A stretch of 41,747 nucleotides of DNA from Mesotaenium endlicherianum (taxonomy: Eukaryota): the NCBI GenBank assembly GCA_009602735.1, contig WELA01002777.1, positions 205,943 to 247,689 of the forward strand, given 5' to 3'. Both the position numbers and the translations under genes were made by a program. Positions 1-12,245 of this stretch are shown here, one piece after another. The notes below the pieces were generated by a model, which was not told the DNA's origin, ran no database searches, and saw only the letters and a program-made list of their open reading frames with translations. Every line of letters starts with the position of its first letter. The first letter of the stretch is position 1.

Positions 1-204
1 GGGGAGTGGGGCGTGGATGGGAGAGGGGGGGTGGCAGGGGAAGAAGGGGGAATGCAAACTTTGGCAGAGGCGCGTGCGAGGGCAAGAGATCGCTCCTCCA
101 CCTGGCGCTTCGTGCTGCCCACCTCCACTTTTTCTGCACAGGTGGCGCCGCACGCACGCACAAAGGCACGTACGCGCACGTCAAGAGAGGGAGAGGGCGG
201 ACAT

Positions 205-312
205 TCAGAGACAAGCTTAGGGTACTCAGTCACAAGTCATTGTACAGGCTGAAGCAGTCGCCAAGAGAATGGAAGCAGACTATTGATATCTTTCTGAAGG
301 AGCTGCTCTCAA
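205..312 (+). mobile_element. Degenerate Ty1/copia reverse transcriptase fragment
   Basis: Translation HKSLYRLKQSPREWKQTIDIFLKE resembles the copia RT motif (K)SLYGLKQSPRxW...FL. It is an isolated fragment next to a CA repeat. Confidence 0.6.
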
Positions 313-379
313 CCTGGTCCTTCTCGCCACCTGTTCAAGTTGTGTGCATGAGAGTGCAAAGAGGCACAAGCACACCTGC

Positions 380-990
380 TCATGTATGCGTGCTTGCACA
401 TACATGCACACGAACACACACACATAGACATACATATACACACACACAGACAAACACAAACACACACACACACATACACACACACACACACACACGCACA
501 GAGGGAGTGTATACGTGAAGGCCCGACGCCGATACACAGATGCAAGCACGCTTGGGGATGACCACCTGCATGTGTTATGCACTCAAAAGCGTCCCTCACA
601 CGCAGGCACGCGCCCCGAGAGAAGGCTCGTACAGGTGAGAAGCATGCATACACATACATCACGCACACACACATGCAGAAGTAGACACAAATCACGCATG
701 CACGCATGCATGCACACACACAGCACACCCTCTGCGTGCCCCCCTCCCCCCAATAGACACATGCACGCTGATTCAGACACGCACGCAAACCTACACCTGC
801 ACGCCCACACCCACACCACACACATGTCCACGTGCGCGCACGCACATACACGCACGCGCACACACATACACGCACGCATACACATGCGCACAGCGCAATG
901 CAAGACAGAACGCAAGACTGCATGTACACCTCACTCTCAAGCTCGGCAATGGAAGAAGTTTCCCATCCTTGTGCCCAAACACACACACAG
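380..990. repeat. Degenerate (CA)n/(CACG)n microsatellite field
   Basis: Directly visible AC-rich low-complexity runs. They explain the H/T-rich and C/V-rich spurious ORFs here. Confidence 0.95.
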
Positions 991-1499
991 CAAACCCCAG
1001 TAACCTACTTTGTGCATATTTCTCTCACTACAATCACCTGTGACTGCTCATACACATATGCCCATGACCAGATGAAGACAGCGGGATTTAAAAGAAACAA
1101 ATTTGGATCTGAGCTGTTGAGCTGTCAAGGTGCATATATATGTATATACATAAATATTCACATGTATGTGTGTATATGTGACTAAGTACACACATATATG
1201 TGTGGCTGTGAATGCATACAAGCACATATATGCATGTATACACATATACATATATATACATACATATATATTGCATCACAAGACGTGCGCCACGGATGAT
1301 ATTAGAACCTCTTTATCCCGAACGCAAAGACGCAAAGGCGGGGCGAGTTGTGCGCACTCTGAGCAAGAGCCGCCTGCGCCTGCTGGAGCGAGGCCTGCAG
1401 CCTGTTGCGTCGCGATACGTGTCCACTCCTCCACCACACCTGCGCGTCGTGGTCCTTCTGCATGCCGCCCACGTGCACACGGCTGTTAGTGTCACTCGT

Positions 1500-1690
1500 A
1501 CGTCGATAGAAGTAGTAATACTGTGCCTAATTTTCAATGATACAATGAATGGCAGACTCCCAACATCATACAAAGACTTATCCTGCAAAAGCAAGCATAT
1601 CCCCCAAGCTCACCCGCTGGTTGAGGACAGACTCCAGCCTGGCGTGCAAGTGGTCCCGGCGAGCTGCCAGCTGGCGCATTGCCCGCTGCT
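1500..1690 (+). mobile_element. Possible copia RNase H C-terminal remnant
   Basis: CKSKHIPQAHPLVEDRLQPGVQVVPASCQLAH resembles copia RNase H 'RTKHIdxxxH...V.s..QLAD'. It lies on the same strand as, and downstream of, the RT fragment at about 230. Confidence 0.4.
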
Positions 1691-2849
1691 TCTCTGCAAC
1701 TCTGCTCCCAGTATACAGTAGACACACAGACGACGACCCAAAAAATTTTCTCAGCACTCGTGCACGCACATGCAAAGGATGCGTCGTACAGCTGGCGACC
1801 TCTCGCTTGGTGGCCCGCCCGCACGCTGCCTGCCTCCCCCTGCCCGCAGCTCCGACGGCGACAGACGATGCAGACGGCTTTCTTTCCCCCCTTCCCCCCT
1901 CCCCCCCCNNNNNNNNNNNNNNNNNNNNNNNNNNNNNNNNNNNNNNNNNNNNNNNNNNNNNNNNNNNNNNNNNNNNNNNNNNNNNNNNNNNNNNNNNNNN
2001 NCCCCCCCCCCCCCCGCCTCTTCTCCTTCAAGAAGTTTTCACATAACAGGGTACAGAAGTGTAGGCGATTGGCGAAACCAAACAGAAATAAAAAGTGGCA
2101 AGCGGGAATGTCCCGGCATCACAGACAAACAGAAAGGAAGAATAGTGGGGTGAATGATTGATGAATAACATCGAGTACATGTCTGACGTGACACACTAAT
2201 GCACCCAATACGGACTGAGGTCAGACTTTAGAAGGCCGTCGCCACCTGCCGTCATTCAAGAGGAGGGAGAGAGGGGTTGGCCAAGAACGACATGAGCAGT
2301 ATGAGCACTATTGTGTCATTGATGTGCACAAGCATACACACGGCACAAGCGCAGAGTCAAGAAACTCAGAGCACTTCCAGGCGGCATTCCAAGCTTCACC
2401 CGAGCTTCAGACGGAGTTGCCGTGTCTCCACTAGGATCTCTACATTAAGACTATCCATCAAGCCATCATGTGAAGGGGAAGACACTGTGGGGGCATGCAC
2501 GCTCATGTGCGCGTGTGTGTCTGGGGGAGAGAGAGAGAGTGCATGTGACTAAGTGTGTCTGCCATACTCGGTAAATATGTTTGTGCGTGTGTGTTTGTGT
2601 GTGTGTGTTGCTTGCAAGTGTGAGCGTTTGTGTGTACGCGTATGTTCGTGCGAGTGTGTGTGTGTGTGTGAGTGTGTGTGAGTGTGATTGAGTGCGTGCG
2701 TGTGTGCGTGAGTGTGCTTGAGTCCGTGTCTTGTTCTTGTGCTGGTCTCAAAGGTACAAGACTTTACAAGCATATAATATTAATATGAAGCATATGCTAT
2801 ACAGTCTATGCGTGGGGTGTGTGTGAGGGGCGGCTGACATGGTACAGAC

Positions 2850-3015
2850 ACATGTCGAGCAGACGGCAGCTTTGCAGATGCTCTCGCAAAGAGGGCACAC
2901 TCGCACTCCCATTGCCATCGTGGTGCCACCCGGCAGCGCAGTGGCTGCCCACGTGCGGGTCTTCTGCCGGCTCAAGACCTGGCTAGCTGAGGGCCAGAGA
3001 TCAGTGGCTGTGCCT
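2850..3015 (-). mobile_element. Possible LINE C-terminal zinc-finger (zf-RVT-like) remnant
   Basis: Minus-strand translation DLWPSASQVLSRQKTRTWAATALPGGTTMAMGVRVCPLC has the lW...W...LP...CPxC layout of L1-type ORF2 C-termini, but is very degenerate. Confidence 0.3.
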
Positions 3016-3039
3016 TCCTTGGTCCAGCCTCAATTTTTG

Positions 3040-3480
3040 AAGTGCTTCCTCCCTCTTCCTCCTCCCTTCTTCCTCCTCCACTCCTTGACCTTTCCCTTCT
3101 CTTCCTCTTCTTTTCCCCTCCTCTTACATCCTTCCCCTCTTGTCCTCCTTGTTCCTTGCCCCTTCCAGGCCTTCCCTGCCTCTTCTTCAAAACCCAACTT
3201 CTTCTTCGTCCTCCCTTTCCCCCCTCCTTTGCCCTTCCTTTTTCCCTACCTCGCTTCCTTCTTAACCCTAACCTTCTCTCGCTGTGTTTCTTCCTCCTCT
3301 ACTCCTTCTTGTCCCCCTCCTTTCCTTCTCCTTCTGCTCTCCCCCCCTTCCCTTAGGCTCCGGTGGGAGGATCAAATTCCCTCCAGCCCCTCTCCTCGGT
3401 CTCTTCCTCTTTCTATGTCTACCTTAAACTGTCTTGCTATCCCTATCTCAAGGCCCAGCTCCTTTCATTTTTCAACTCCC
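3040..3480. repeat. Polypyrimidine (CT-rich) low-complexity tract
   Basis: About 440 bp made mostly of C and T. It accounts for the P/F/S/L-rich 300-aa ORF 2839-3741. Confidence 0.9.
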
Positions 3481-3989
3481 TACCTCATCTCCAAAGTGGG
3501 ACATGTGAGAGGCCAGCTCAGCACCAACCCCACACGAAAGCTGTCGCCCTCCTTGCATGCGCTGCCACCTGCCGCAACCAGGAGCCAGGCAAGAACAGGC
3601 CGATTACCGATTAGGGTTCAACTTCCGGCACACGCCACCACATCTCCAATATGTCTGTTAAACACCTGTCGCCAGGTCTGGGGTCTGCAGCTTAAGCCAG
3701 GTGGCGGCTCTAGCGCGTGCCACACGTGCCTCGAAAGGTAACTGCCTTCTTGGAAGAAGGCCTCTTCTTCTGAAGTGGGGGGCTGAGCTTGTAACTTCAA
3801 CCTTACCCCAGGGTTCAGCCCTACTTCCCGAACCTACTACCCAACCCTAATCCTGTGCACCTTAAACCCCAACGCTTGAACGTTTTAGTTCCCCGAACCC
3901 AGAGTGGGCCCAACGTTTAAAGGTACAGCCCTCACCCCCCCAAGACCCAAGGCTTTTTGTATTCTATTCTCAGGCCAGGCTTTTGTCTG

Positions 3990-4640
3990 AGCCACATCAT
4001 GTGAAACCCAAGTCACGGTCAAAGACTGAAACTTGTGTATGCTGAGCTTTAGGGATAAGGACCAGGGTGATTGCAAATTTTGAGACTGGTCGATTGAATA
4101 ATCTGCAGAAGTCTGGGTCGTATCCTTCATGTGCTTCTTAAGCCATGTCCATGTCCATGTTTAGCGCCAATCGTAAGAAGCACCATGGCTAAAGTGCTTA
4201 AGGAGGTTTGTTGGGCTGGCATCTTCTTATATTAATAAATGTATGTTCTACATGACTTCTTGCCAACACAGCAGCCACTAAAGCAATGTGTGCATACCCA
4301 GCTGAGAGTATACCCAGCCTTTCAGCTGAGAAAACATGTTTTAAAGAATCAGTGTCATTTAATCCCATCCGTATGCATGAGAATGGAGCAGCAGTCATAT
4401 AAAAATCGCTCATAAGATCCTGAGAGTATCACGCAATTCCTGGACCTGTTCTAAAGAAACGTGATGTGCCTCATCCCAACCCATCGAGCATTCTCAATGT
4501 GTCCCTTCGTGTCCGTCTGTGATGTTCTATACGTTGTCACATTCCAGCATAATGTCCTTAAGGATGTATATGTCTCCATGATTAAAAGCTTTATGTTGCT
4601 TTTTTTCTCAATACAACACGCAATAATAAGTTCCCACCAG
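3990..4640 (-). mobile_element. Degenerate Ty3/gypsy-like integrase remnant
   Basis: Broken minus-strand segments occur in integrase order: ...RWVGMRHITFL*NRSRNCV (zinc-binding region), LMSDF...YAHIALVAAVLARSHVEHTFINIRRCQP (core), SPWSLSLKLSIHKFQ (toward the HPQ motif). Stops and frameshifts throughout. Confidence 0.4.
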
Positions 4641-5560
4641 TTGGACCCAGAGGAGCAGCTATGGGGCGGCAAGTGGCGAGAGTATCGTCTATGTTTGCAA
4701 AGCTTAAAGTCGAGTAGTATAATTCTCACTCATCACACACACAGATACAAATATGTAATTCCAGAGGAAAGAATGGAGGAAGCGTACACAAGGTGTGGGT
4801 AGCCGTCACTCGAGTTCCGGGTGCAAGAGGCATAGCATGCACTTACATCGTCAAGGAGATGCATTGTCGAGGAGAAATAGTAGCTACTCTTAGCGCATCA
4901 TGTTGCATCAACCCTTGTGTTATCTACTTTGTGTCAAACACCATGCGCCATTCATAAAAGTGGACCTTAGACTGCCTTTGGACAGTCTAAAAAGCCAGAC
5001 CTACCATGTTAGGGATGAAGAGACGCTTTGAAAATTATTCGATAGCAACGATGATGATGTTTAGACCCAGAGGACACAGCTAGTAGTATCGAGCGACTTT
5101 GAAATATCTGCAAGTTCTCGCTACTGCGGTCAGTTCGAGTTATAGACTTGCTGTCATAACAATAACCAGCAATGCATTACGTCTGCATCAGCGTCTACCA
5201 AGCTTAAGAAATACTGCCTCAACCATTGTATCTGACCGGTAGCATAGGGCCATAGTAGACGAGCAGAAGACGGTCAAGGCAAAGTCTTAGCTAGAGTATC
5301 GATCATTGAAGGGCAAATGAGAGATGAGTAGCCTCGCAACTACACAAGCACAGGGAAAGGGCATGACTACCAGCACATAAGCTTCCGTAGCAATTATTTA
5401 GGAGGGGAACATAGTGTGCCATATAGAAACTCATATCTGGGATGTGTGGGAGTACAGGGCTAATCCTGTCACAACACTTCAAGAATATGCATGGAGGAGT
5501 CTACTATAGCTGCTAGTCATTAGGTAACGATCCATTACCAACTCATGAGTCCATGCCTTT
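4641..5560 (+). mobile_element. Degenerate copia pol remnant (post-integrase SH3-like region and pre-RT linker)
   Basis: Fragments LDPEEQLWGGKWREYRL...VIPEE (like KLDPR...YRLY...V.FDE), KKPDL (like 'KPDLSHLR'), DE*PRNY (like EPxxY) and HIWDV. All are interrupted. Confidence 0.35.
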
Positions 5561-5748
5561 AGAAACAAATCGTGCTTAAGGCAACCTGCCCTTTTTATTG
5601 CAAAGGAGGCAAAAGACAAGTGAACAAGACACGAAACGTCAAAAGCTGGAGTTATAAGAGTCTTCTCAAGAGGACCCCTCTATCCCCTTGCTGGCAAACA
5701 CGCCCCCTTCTCCTAGTAGGCTACTTTCTGCTTCCTGAAGCCCACAAG

Positions 5749-7026
5749 ATGTCAATAATAGATGCGTGCTATGGGTCAGGCTCGGAATCTGAGAGCGAGA
5801 AGGAGGAAGCTCCAAGTGGCACTGGCAGAGTGGCTCTGGTGGGAGCACCTGGCGCCACCCCCACCCCTCCGCCACTGCCAGCTTCACAGGCAGACAGCAG
5901 GTGTGCCTGATTTCTCCTGCCTTTTCTTGAAGTTCTGAAGATAACGTTTTTCACATTTGGAGACATTGTAGTAGAGGAGCTTACTTTGTTGATATGAAAC
6001 CTTCATTTTGTTTCTTTGTGTTCTTCATTGTCTCCTGGTATCTTCTGTCTTGAAAATGTTGTCCTATGTTGGCTCAGCCCTCACTTCTTTTCAATGAAGA
6101 CATGGTAGTTATCCCATTCATCACCTCCTTTTTCATTCGTTTATCATTTCTTTTTTACTCGGGGGGCAGCAGGTCCACAGCGCAGACGACTGCGGGCCTG
6201 CCACCTGGAAATACAAGGACGCCTTCCGGCTTGCCATCTGGCAGCACGAGGACAGCTATAGCCCTGCCAGATGCCGCCTCGCTCTTTGGGCCGCCCGGAT
6301 CCTCGGGGCTTCCCTCAGCCTCCTCCATCTTTGCTGAGAGCAGCTTGCCAGGTGTCAGCACCAGAGTGGGAGCAGGCGGTGGCAGCTTGCCAGGTGTCAA
6401 TTGAAGGGCCCTTCACACCTGCTGTTTTTCTGGCCTGTCGCTGTTTCTCCTTCCCATCTGTTGGCTTTCTTCTGCCAGGTTCTTTCCAAAAATTAGTGGT
6501 GGATTGTTGTTAGGTTGTGTTGTGTTGCTTTTGTGGTGTACACGAAATATTTCTTGTGGTCACTTTATTGACCATGATTGAATCATCGGTGCTTGCCAGA
6601 TGGCACAGGGAGGAAGAGGGAGGGGGAGGCGTTGAACGGGAGCGGACACGTGGCACCAGCTGGCAAGAGCCAGCGCAGCAACCTGCCACCTCATCGCCGC
6701 CGCCCAGACACAGCTCAGGGGGCTCTCCTCCCCCCCCAGCTCAGGGGCAGGTAAACATATACCTTGCTTCCACTGGTGTGATGGTTTCAGCATGGAAATG
6801 GTTGTTTGCTTGCAGTTTCTAATGCTGATATAGAATTGGGTGCACCGTGTGCTGTTGTATGCAGAATCATTCTGGATGTTTAGTGATATGCTCATGCATG
6901 TGTGCCGTAGCATGTATGTGGACATCTGTGGTTTAGTATGTGGTGACAGATACATGCACACACGTACGCGCGCATAAGACACATGCACGGACACACACAC
7001 ACACACATTTACACACACACACACAC

Positions 7027-7070
<44 letters not shown>

Positions 7071-7331
7071 ACACAACTCACATGCGTGGTGTATCATGGA
7101 GACGTCATGCCCATACCTGCATGCTCTTGCCTAAGGTGTGTCAGTGAGTCATTTATGGAGGTCGTAAGAATAGTTGGCTCCTACTGCTATCTACGACTTG
7201 CCCCAATTTGGTTCTCTTTTTTTTGGGGGGGGGGNNNNNNNNNNNNNGGGGGGGGGGGGGGATGTGTTTGCAGAAGCAATGTGGCCACAGAGGACCTGGA
7301 TCGCCTGTTTGTTCGAAAACAGAGGCAGTAG
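5749..7331 (+). CDS. Small 4-exon gene, about 190 aa, unknown function; C-terminus LLPPQLRGRSNVATEDLDRLF
   Basis: Exons 5749-5900, 6173-6393, 6609 (or 6600)-6750 and 7274-7331 join by GT-AG introns with consistent phases from ATG to TAG. The start 'MSIIDACYGSGSESESE' and the PPQLRGRSNVxTED motif recall an uncharacterised plant protein family (from memory, not searched). Confidence 0.75.
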
Positions 7332-8599
7332 GCTACAGCTGGACTACAGCTAGATGCACTCTGGCAAACCTCTCGCTGGTTGAGTAGCAAAATTGCGCGC
7401 CAATGTGTCCGTTGATAGTTGCCAGCAGTGCTGTAGTTTTCGGGTTGTCTTATCACGCTCATTCAGTAAATATATCCTCTCTTCTTTTCTCTGATGTTCC
7501 CTGCAAGCTCTCTCTTGCTCTTCAGATGCACTTCTCCTTGAATGCCTCGCGGGTGGGCACTGGGGGGGAGGGGCCGAGAACTCTGCACTGCTGGCTAGCC
7601 TTTTTGTTTGTACCGTTGCAGAAGGCTCACTTGGTGAGGGCGATCCGAGCTAGCAAGAGGTACAAAATGGGGTCTTAACTGGAGTTGCCATATTTGTGCC
7701 AATGAGGAAGCTTATGAGAAGAACTGATTGGAATCCATAAGAATGTTCACCATTTGCATATTGGAGTTCCATGTATCAACTCAATCCGAAGGATTTAGAC
7801 ACACTAGCGGCTCATACAGCCCAAGGAATGAAGGTGCAGGAATCTCTAGGTCTCCTAAGCTAGACACCAAAACTGTACATGTACACATCCCAGACCAAGA
7901 CACCTTCGTAAATGTCCGTGCTACTATACTTAACATTTGAGCTGGCATTATTTCTCACATGAAACGGCATATGGCTGCACATGTATATTTTCCTCTACAA
8001 GACGTGCAAATATATAAAAGCGGCCTAGCTATGACATCCCGACTGTATATGCTAAAGTCACAAAATACTAGTAATATGCCATGCATTGGGTTTTTGTACT
8101 CGTGCACTCATATATAAAACTAGAACGCTTATTGAGAGCTGGACTTGGGAATCACAAGCACGCAACGCTTACGGACGTTCATATACAACGCGCCGTTCAA
8201 CATTGCGACGTGGAAAACTTATTTATAGTTTGAAGTAGCCGATCTAGAAGTGATGCCGGTGGTGTCCTGGTATGTGGTTGTCAGCTTGCATGCAACTTAA
8301 TTCAAATGCATCTGCATACAATTCCGTCTTGCTCTTCTAAGTACTCTTCAGTACTAAGAACCTGCTCACAGATAGACACGTCGTCCATGAGCAATGTTAT
8401 ATAAAGCGCCATAGCAATTGTTTTGACATCAGTCAAACCACTAATGATGCCGGAAAGTCCAGAAGGTCGCCATTGTATGTTGCTGTCAGCTTGCATATTC
8501 CGTTCAAGTCAACATTCTTATTTTCACAACCTTTTATCGGGCGCTTATAAAGAACCCGACACTACTAAAAACCTGCATACTGATAGGCTCGGATTTCTT

Positions 8600-11500
8600 A
8601 TCGAGGCACCTGGATGAGCATTCTTTTGAAATTAGAACCTGCTCTTGAAGGTCATTACTTGTGAAAGTTCCGCAAGCTCATTCCCTGAGACGGACCAATA
8701 TCTTGCAGTTCAGCCGAGTACCTACATGGCGTCAGTAACAGTAGCTATAGATTGTAAGGCCATACTTGGAATCTGTTGGAGAAACACCTGTCTGCGTTCC
8801 TAGCGGGCACATTTACTGTACAGACACCAATGGCAAGAAGATCCACCATCTTGAGTCAGTCAACGGGACTACTTCTTTCATCCCTACTCCGCAGATGGTA
8901 GGAGCCATTGTGCCACGTGCCAAAGGAGGATTGATTGCTTGTCTGGAGGTCAGTACAGAACCGGTTTTCTGCCTCTCTTCTTAGGTCTTGCATTGTATGT
9001 GTGCCCAACTCCGTGTCAAGACAAGCACCTCACATATAGCCACCTAAAGGGTCCAAAAGTTTGCCAGCTCAATCTGACGACATATATAGCATCATTCGCC
9101 ATTGCGTAGGCACATCCACTATCATACTGTGAAGCAGGGCATGTGTGAAAAAGACCAACCCGAGAGATTTTTTTGGTTTGTAGATTCAATTTCTGAAAAC
9201 TGCTGCGGACTTGTCCTGCCTCGCCTTTTCTTGCAGCTATCCATGTGCACATCTGTAGACTCACTTTTTGTATGTTTTGTTGACCTGCCATGCATTTCAC
9301 GCCCTTGACTATAATTTGCCTGATGCTGCCAGGTGCATTCATCTGCTTCTCTTGACTGCTGTGCAAGTAATGCTTCCAATCGTATCTTTTGCATGATGCT
9401 GCCAGGTTCAACGATGCTAAGTGCAACCCAGCCGGGCGGCTGTGGACGGGCAGCATGAACGCAAATTGGAGGGACCCTTCCGCTGCCCCTGGCAGGCTCT
9501 ATATGTGCTCGAAGCCCAGCCGGGCAGCTCCCCAAAAGTCTCGGAGAAATTTTTTCCAACCTGACTGGCCAATGGGATGGCGTGGTCGAGTGACAGGACC
9601 TCCATGTTCTTCATCGACTCTTTTTACCGGGTACTTCGAATCTGGACCTCTTCTCTTTGGGCGGGGGGGGCNTGTTCTTGTCGCTCAATCGTGCGAGAGC
9701 CCGGGCACTTGAAGAAAGCCTGGAAAGTAAGTAAGGGGAGCGACGGGATCACAAACATAAATCTGGACTTTTATGCTTGGTCATTTGGTGCCTTGTTGCT
9801 CTTGCGGGCCCCTTCTTCCCCGGTTTTGCGCCTGCTTCTCTTCAAGCCACGTGGCGTGCGTGACATTGTGGCAGACTGTGGACCGCTTCGACTACTCGCT
9901 GGAGACGGGCGAGATCTCCAACAGGCGCACAACTGTCCAGGTCTCCGACACGGAGCCAGGTACTGCTCACGCCTGCGGCCCTCTGTCTTGGCGCGCGTGC
10001 GCGTGTGCGTGTGGGTATGCGTCGTTTGCTGTGTGCTGTGGTTGTGTGTTTGTGTGGGTGTTGTCTTTCTCTCGCATGTGGGCGGACGTGCAAGCGCACG
10101 CGCATGCTCCTGGGGAGCAGGGACTGGGGCGTGGGAGGGTGGGGAAGGGCAGTGCGGTTGACTGCAGTGTCAGAAGCTTCTCTCCTCGGCAAGCCTTACT
10201 ACATTGGCAAATTTTATGACCCCTACTCTTGGCACCCCAGTCAGGTTCTTGTTCCTCTCTGCAGTCTGTGCTACGACAGCCTGCATGCTTGCTATAGTGG
10301 AGTGGACGTGCTGCCAACTTCTAACAAGTTGGGGGTGCCTGCTCTACTCATGCGTCCACAAAACATGCATATTCTTGTCTCGGAGGTGCGATTGGTCCTT
10401 TCTTATTGCATTCATGCTGGGTTGACCTGTGCCTTCTCCCCCCTCCCCCCTCCCCTCCTTTATAACTGAATGGGGGCAAGGAGGGGGAGAGAGGGAAAGA
10501 GAGCTGACCCGCTTTGCATGCTCGGGTTGCATGCTCGGGTTGTCTGGCTCTGCGGCTTCCCCCTTTCGCTCCGGCCCACCTTTCCCCTCCCCTTCTCTCC
10601 TCTTGGGGGGCATTCTCCGTCCTCTTACCCCGCAGGCCCGCCAGATGGCATGGCCATAGACGCTGCGGACAAGCTGTGGGTCGTCATCGCAGAGATGGGC
10701 ACGGTGCGCCAGTGCGACCCCGAGACGGGCAAGGAGATTTTCCGCTTTCAGCTGCCCGTGCAGCGGCCCACTTCGTGCGCCTTTGGAGGTATGGGCTCTG
10801 GAGGGCCGGTAGGGAAAGGCAGTGTCTTGATTTATACTCAGTCAGTACGCCTGCTTTGTCGCTCCTGCTACTCCAACTGTATACTGCGCTAGTTAGTGGC
10901 ACATGCTTGTGCACTTATCCGCAGTGTCGAAAACGGTGGGCAAGGATCGGGAGAGTGCCGGAAAGTGCCGGGAGAGTGTGGGATGCGAACTCAGCTCGAT
11001 AAATTCTTTTCTGACTTCTCTTTGGGCGAAGTTACACGTAGCGCATATTTACGTCGTCTGGCTGTGCATCAGCACATATGAACAAATCGTGCTTCTGTGT
11101 GTCTCCCTCACTCCCGCTTGCAGGGAAGGACCTCAGCGAGCTGTACGTGACAACGCGCGAGGAGAAGAGTACGTCCCTGCTCCCCCTTCCCCTCTTTCCC
11201 CCCCTCCCTCCTTGCCCGCCCCTTCACCCCCTTTCAAAGAAAGCCTCCCCCCCAAAGAGTACACATCCACGAAATTTCCTTCTTCATCTCCTCCTCTTTT
11301 GCCCGTTGCTCTCTGCCTCACACGCTATTGAAGCTGCTGGCGGTGCCGCGCTGGGGCGGCTGCTGCTGCTGCTGCTGCCACGCAGGGGCTGCTTGCAGCT
11401 GCAGATCTGATGCCAAATTTGCAGCTGCTGTGTGCTCGTCTGTCTTCCCTTGCTGCGCCGTGATCCTTATAGGTACGCCTCTTGGCCGACAGCTGGCGGC

Positions 11501-12245
11501 TCCGTCAGTGGCTGCAGACCTTGCCCTGGGGCTGGCTCACGCATGCTTTGCGCCTCCTGGTGGGCCTCTCTGTATGTGACAGCTGGCGCGGCGGCTGCCA
11601 ATCGGTATCAACGTTGTTGATAAAGTGTCGGGAGCCCGCATCAGCCCTGTGGAGGCATGGAGGCGTAGCTCCAACTCTTTGGCTATGGCTTGTGGTCGAA
11701 TCTGGGGCCACTTTTTCTTGTGTGCCGCGCACTTGTGTGCATCCCTCTCTTCCGCATGCTGCACTGCTCCCCATGCTAGGATTAATGCCAGTATGTGGGG
11801 CATCTTAAAAAAATTTGGGAAATTGGCAGGCAGTCGAAGATTTTTGGTAGGGTATTGGTACGTATCAACTTAATTGTATCGTAGTGAGAGAATATGTTGA
11901 TTGTAATTGCCATAGGGCAGGGCAGGGCAGGGCCTCTGGAGAATCTCCTCTCTGCTGCATCTGTCATCGCGTGGCTGCTTCTTCGCCATCCAGAGAACGT
12001 CGACTCGTTTGGCAAACAAAGTGCGACGTTTTGACTGGTACCCCTTGCCCTGTTTGGTGGCGTGTGGCATGTGGCGCACACGGCATGTGACACGTGGCTC
12101 TGGCGTGGGGGCAATGGCGGCGGTGCAGACAACCCGTCTCCTCACGCGGGCGCTCTGCTGCGCTGCCACATACCCGGCGCCAAGGGAGCCTCCTTCGCCG
12201 ACGAGTTTGCCGGATGATGTGGACCTAGTTCGCCTACGCTCTCAT
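8600..12245 (+). repeat. Left arm of a large inverted segmental duplication
   Basis: Upstream region, exons and most intron sequence match the reverse complement of about 14390-19490. Examples: 'gacggaccaatatcttgca' is shared, exon 6 is identical at 45/45 nt, and the last exon matches at 88/89 nt. Confidence 0.92.
8726..12217 (+). pseudogene. Disabled SMP-30/gluconolactonase (regucalcin-like) paralogue
   Basis: Collinear with the intact minus-strand copy. Lesions: 10-bp insertion at 8771-8780 giving TAG at 8801; exon 2 missing (about 0.7 kb deletion near 9045); 2-bp insertion in exon 3 (ctctatATgtg); CGA>TGA at 9562-9564. Exons 9875-9959, 10636-10788, 11124-11168 and 12129-12217 remain open with intact splice sites. 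Confidence 0.88.

Noticed and set aside
280..1280. Many overlapping ORFs rich in C/V/M or H/T
   Set aside because: They are translations of (CA)n/(GT)n repeats, which lack stop codons. The same applies near 6950, 16600, 25700, 26850 and 35700.
2280..2440. Possible copia integrase fragment (YEHYCVIDVH...HFQAAF)
   Set aside because: The resemblance is too weak to call without a profile search.
2839..3741. 300-aa plus-strand ORF
   Set aside because: It stays open only because of the CT-rich tract; there are no protein motifs.
3800..3875. Telomere-like accct/aaccctaa words
   Set aside because: Scattered and degenerate, with no tandem TTTAGGG or TTAGGG array.
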